NCBI GenBank assembly: GCA_963825135.1
Contig: CAWGRW010000009.1
Span: forward strand, 768,001-832,000
Length of the DNA stretch: 64,000 bases
Direction of reading: 5' to 3'
Source: an uncultured bacterium
GTDB lineage: Bacteria > Desulfobacterota_D > UBA1144 > Nemesobacterales > UBA2774
Position numbers and translations under genes: made by a program. Below the pieces are notes generated by a model, which searched no databases, had not been told where the DNA came from, and saw only the letters and a list, made by a program, of their open reading frames with translations. Shown in pieces: positions 60,895 to 64,000 of this stretch (positions are counted from its first letter, which is position 1; every line of letters begins with the position of its first letter).

Positions 60895-61779
60895 TTAACG
60901 CCTATTCCGGTATTTATGCCAGACGAATGGGGCCGCCAGCTGGCCGAGGAACGCTTTGGGCATTTCTTCCTTGATGCCCAGCGGGCCTACATGGCGGTCC
61001 TTGGGATGATAGTACGTCCCGAAGAGTATATCGAATATCACGAGGTTCTCTCCGTAATTATTGTTCCCTTCCTCAACTTTCCTGGAGTGGTGCCATCTAT
61101 GGACATTGGGGGTGATGAAAAGATAATTCAGAACGCCGCCGTGCATGTATACGTTGCAATGCGTGAGCAGCCCCACGAACGCGGTGATGGAGCTGAAGTA
61201 TATAAACACATCCCCCGGGACACCCATTATAAACAGAAGAGGTATGCTGAACAGGAGGCTGCAGAACGTATCCACGAAATGGAACCTCCCGGTGTTGAAG
61301 AACCAGAGCTTCTCGACGCTGTGGTGCACCGAATGGAAACGCCACATAAAATCCCATGTATGAGCCAGACGGTGCTTCCAGTATAGACCGAATTCGCTCA
61401 CGACCATTGCTATTAAGACCTGTACCACTTTAGGGAGCCCTGACGGCCAGAAAGAGTAGGCGGATTTATGGCCCATCGTCTCTATAATCCCGCTGATAAG
61501 CAATAGGAACAATGCCAATTGAATCAAACCCTTGTTGAGAATCGTATGTGCGAAGTCAGGGAACTCCTGCCCGTCCGACCTTACCCACTCTTCACGGTAC
61601 GGCATGACCCTCTCAAGTATGAAGAGCGACACCGCGAGGCTCAAATATGCTATGTTGAAGTAAAGAGTCGGCCTGTCCCCCTTTATCCCGAGATAAACCA
61701 CGTATATGGGGACGCCCAGCAGGAGCGGCCAGAGGATATATGAAAGTATCTCTTTAGCTATATTCCTTACCATCCGCAA
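60895..61779 (-). CDS. Sterol desaturase / fatty acid hydroxylase family
   Basis: HRLAH, HSVHH, HRWHH His boxes; NNYG. Confidence 0.88.
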   Translation of the reverse strand: MRMVRNIAKEILSYILWPLLLGVPIYVVYLGIKGDRPTLYFNIAYLSLAVSLFILERVMPYREEWVRSDGQEFPDFAHTILNKGLIQLALFLLLISGIIETMGHKSAYSFWPSGLPKVVQVLIAMVVSEFGLYWKHRLAHTWDFMWRFHSVHHSVEKLWFFNTGRFHFVDTFCSLLFSIPLLFIMGVPGDVFIYFSSITAFVGLLTHCNVYMHGGVLNYLFITPNVHRWHHSRKVEEGNNNYGENLVIFDILFGTYYHPKDRHVGPLGIKEEMPKAFLGQLAAPFVWHKYRNRR

Positions 61780-62003
61780 TTCCTCTTCTCTCTCATTATG
61801 CCCTACAATAATTCTAAATCAAAAAGCCGGGTGCGGTTAAAACGAGTTCCCGGAACCGCCGCAACTATTAATCATACACCGGCTTTTTTAGGATTATGTG
61901 AAGATTCCCTGCACCAAGGCTTGAACGCTGTCGATTCGCCCCGGAAGAAAACAAACTCTCTGCAAGCCATGCAGCTACCCGTATTTACGGATACCGCCAT
62001 AGA

Positions 62004-62558
62004 CTATTTCCACTTGATATTACATCCGATGCTCGGGACCTGGTCCTCGCCTACGGGCTCACCCTTTAAAATCCTGTCGAGCGCTTCCCTTATATTCTTG
62101 CCCGTTACGGGCTTCCCGCTCCCCGGCCTCGAATCGTCCATCTGCCCCCTGTACGCCAGTTTCAGACCCGCATCGAACACGTAAAAGTCAGGCGTGCATG
62201 CGGCATCGTACGCCCTCGCCACTTCCTGAGTATCGTCGAAGAGGTAGGGGAAAGCATAGCCGAGGCTGAGAGCGACACGCTTCATGTTGGCGGGCGAATC
62301 CTCGGGATACTTCTCAACGTCGTTCGAGTTTACGGCGATGAATGATACGCCTTTCGATATGTAGTCGTTCGCGAGCTCGACGAGTCCCTTCTGTACATGC
62401 TTTACATAGGGACAGTGGTTACATATGAACATCACGACTGTGGCCTTGTCCGACTTTAGCTCGTCGAGACTGTATTCTTTTTCGTTAACCGCGCACCAGA
62501 GCCTGAAATGCGGGGCTTTCGTGCCCAGTGGCAGCATGTTTGAAGGCGTAAGAGCCAA
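62004..62558 (-). CDS. Thioredoxin-fold AhpC/TSA family protein
   Basis: FICNHCPYV, AACTPDF, YRGQMDDSRP, SIGCNIKW; TTG start. Confidence 0.9.
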   Translation of the reverse strand: MALTPSNMLPLGTKAPHFRLWCAVNEKEYSLDELKSDKATVVMFICNHCPYVKHVQKGLVELANDYISKGVSFIAVNSNDVEKYPEDSPANMKRVALSLGYAFPYLFDDTQEVARAYDAACTPDFYVFDAGLKLAYRGQMDDSRPGSGKPVTGKNIREALDRILKGEPVGEDQVPSIGCNIKWK

Positions 62559-62577
62559 GTCTTATACTCCTTTGAAT

Positions 62578-62994
62578 TCAGTTCTTTTCGTCATTAAAAC
62601 TTATAGCCTTGTGCGAGCGATCACAGAAGGGCTTGTTGCCGGACGCACCGCACCTGCAAAGATAATATGGCTCGTCGAGAGACAGGTTCATCGGGTCAGC
62701 GACGTCCAATAAACACCCGCGTACTTCGTACGGACCGTTTCTCGATGCCTTTATTTCCTTCGTGCGCTCGGGGCCGGATGGTGCTGCCGGAGCGCCTCCG
62801 TCGACCCTGCTTGAGAAGCCGATCTTTTTATGCGAGCCGTCGCAATAAGGTTTATTCTCCGAAGCCCCGCACCTGCAGAGCGCCAGCTTTTTTCTGACTT
62901 CGAGCTCGTCACCCCTTGAGTTGTCCAGCTTATCGAGCCCTTCAGCCATTAGCGGGCCGTCGTCACGGACATAGATGCGGCAGACCTCACTCAT
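62578..62994 (-). CDS. CDGSH iron-sulfur domain protein (two domains)
   Basis: LCRCGASENKPYCDGSH and LCRCGASGNKPFCDRSH; ATG at 62994 after AGGAGG. Confidence 0.9.
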   Translation of the reverse strand: MSEVCRIYVRDDGPLMAEGLDKLDNSRGDELEVRKKLALCRCGASENKPYCDGSHKKIGFSSRVDGGAPAAPSGPERTKEIKASRNGPYEVRGCLLDVADPMNLSLDEPYYLCRCGASGNKPFCDRSHKAISFNDEKN

Positions 62995-63568
62995 AGCGCC
63001 CTCCTGAAAGTCTATAATTAATAACTGCGAGTAGTAATATTCCCTCAATTGTCACGTGTCTCTATTCTACATAGAACGCTCGCATAATCCTAACGGACGC
63101 CTCGTTTCGCAGTGCCCGAACTATAATTATTATTCTTGTTTTCAGACAAAACTATCGGCCCGATCCGAATCCGGACGAACTCAGGGCCGTGTGGAAACGT
63201 TATGATCAGGAGCTGATCGATTTTCCATAAGCCCCGTTCATTGCGTGCGGGATGATTATGCCCGCCTCCAGCCTATTTTCTCGCTTACCGCCCGGCTCGA
63301 CTCATCATTTGCGACGTAGTTCCGAATGAGAATTCAGAGTATCGCTCGACAGGCCGGCCTGTCCGGTATGGCATATCAATGTATAAGAAGTTGTGTCCAT
63401 ACACAGCCTGGTCCTGGATGGATCCATGACAGACTGGTAAAATTACAATAATATCTCGCCATCGGGGCACACTGTCGAGACTATAGAGAAACTCTTACAA
63501 TAATAATTTTGAGGGAAGAAAAAGAGACTAGTCCGTCTGAATAAAACCTTTAAGGAGGAATGTTAACA

Positions 63569-64000
63569 ATGTGCGGCACATGCAACACTAATATCGACCA
63601 GGCAAAATCGGATCAGTTTGCCGAAAAAATGTTCTCCGTCCTTAATCACGGCGCACTGACCATAATGATTTCTATCGGGCACAGGACCGGCCTATTCGAC
63701 TCGATGGGCGAGCTGCCGCCTTCGACGAGCATCGAGATCGCAGGTGCGGCGGGACTTAACGAGCGTTATGTGCGCGAATGGCTGGGGGCAATGGTAACGG
63801 GCGGCATCGTCGAGTACGATCCGCAAAACGGGACCTACCGCCTGCCCGCCGAGCACGCGACCTGGCTCACCAGAAAGGCGACGCCCAACAATTTCGCGGT
63901 ATCGACCCAGTGGTTCTCCATAGCGGGGTCGGTCGAAGACAAGATCGTCGAGTGCTTCAGAAATGGGGGAGGAGTCCCTTATGAGGAATTCAGACGTTTC
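63569..64000 (+). CDS. wHTH + SAM-dependent methyltransferase (Rv2258c-like), 5' part, runs off the window
   Basis: AAGGAGG RBS; MCGTCNT...SIGHRTGLFD...GLNERYVREWLG...FRNGGGVPYEEF; not in the ORF track because the frame is open at the window end. Confidence 0.85.
   Translation, partial: MCGTCNTNIDQAKSDQFAEKMFSVLNHGALTIMISIGHRTGLFDSMGELPPSTSIEIAGAAGLNERYVREWLGAMVTGGIVEYDPQNGTYRLPAEHATWLTRKATPNNFAVSTQWFSIAGSVEDKIVECFRNGGGVPYEEFRRF

Noticed and set aside
63050..63560. ~500-nt intergenic region with short ORFs and weak inverted repeats
   Set aside because: No supportable gene, RNA family or repeat; likely a divergent promoter region
1..64000. CRISPR arrays, tRNA/rRNA genes, IS elements, prophage genes
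   Set aside because: No repeat-spacer periodicity, RNA-gene signatures, transposase or phage proteins recognised by eye

Overview
Gene-dense bacterial chromosomal window (roughly 50% GC by eye) with no tRNA, rRNA, CRISPR array or recognisable mobile element. The proteome style suggests a deltaproteobacteria-like lineage, possibly Ca. Dadabacteria (weak inference). Most genes are housekeeping or metabolic: dnaJ, uvrA, dacB, a type II secretion operon gspCDEFGHIJK, class II ribonucleotide reductase nrdJ with tandem NrdR boxes, an alternative sigma-70, sod, rrf2-sufBCD-Rieske, ilvD, csp, a UbiA-type prenyltransferase and cofE. The best candidate for an undescribed system is a three-gene minus-strand operon at 29722-34788. 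It encodes two paralogous SLOG plus tandem-SLATT membrane proteins (one with intact and one with degenerate SLOG motifs) and a Toll-receptor-like protein (N-terminal TIR, one TM helix, two Cys-rich DUF4189-like extracytoplasmic domains). Other notable items: a LysM-fused secretin, a RavA-like AAA+ ATPase overlapping gspK where gspL/M would be expected, a shared Pho-box-like array in front of a PlcP-like phosphoesterase and a candidate ~90-nt sRNA, and a frameshifted lipoprotein gene. All family assignments come from motif recognition by eye, not from database searches.
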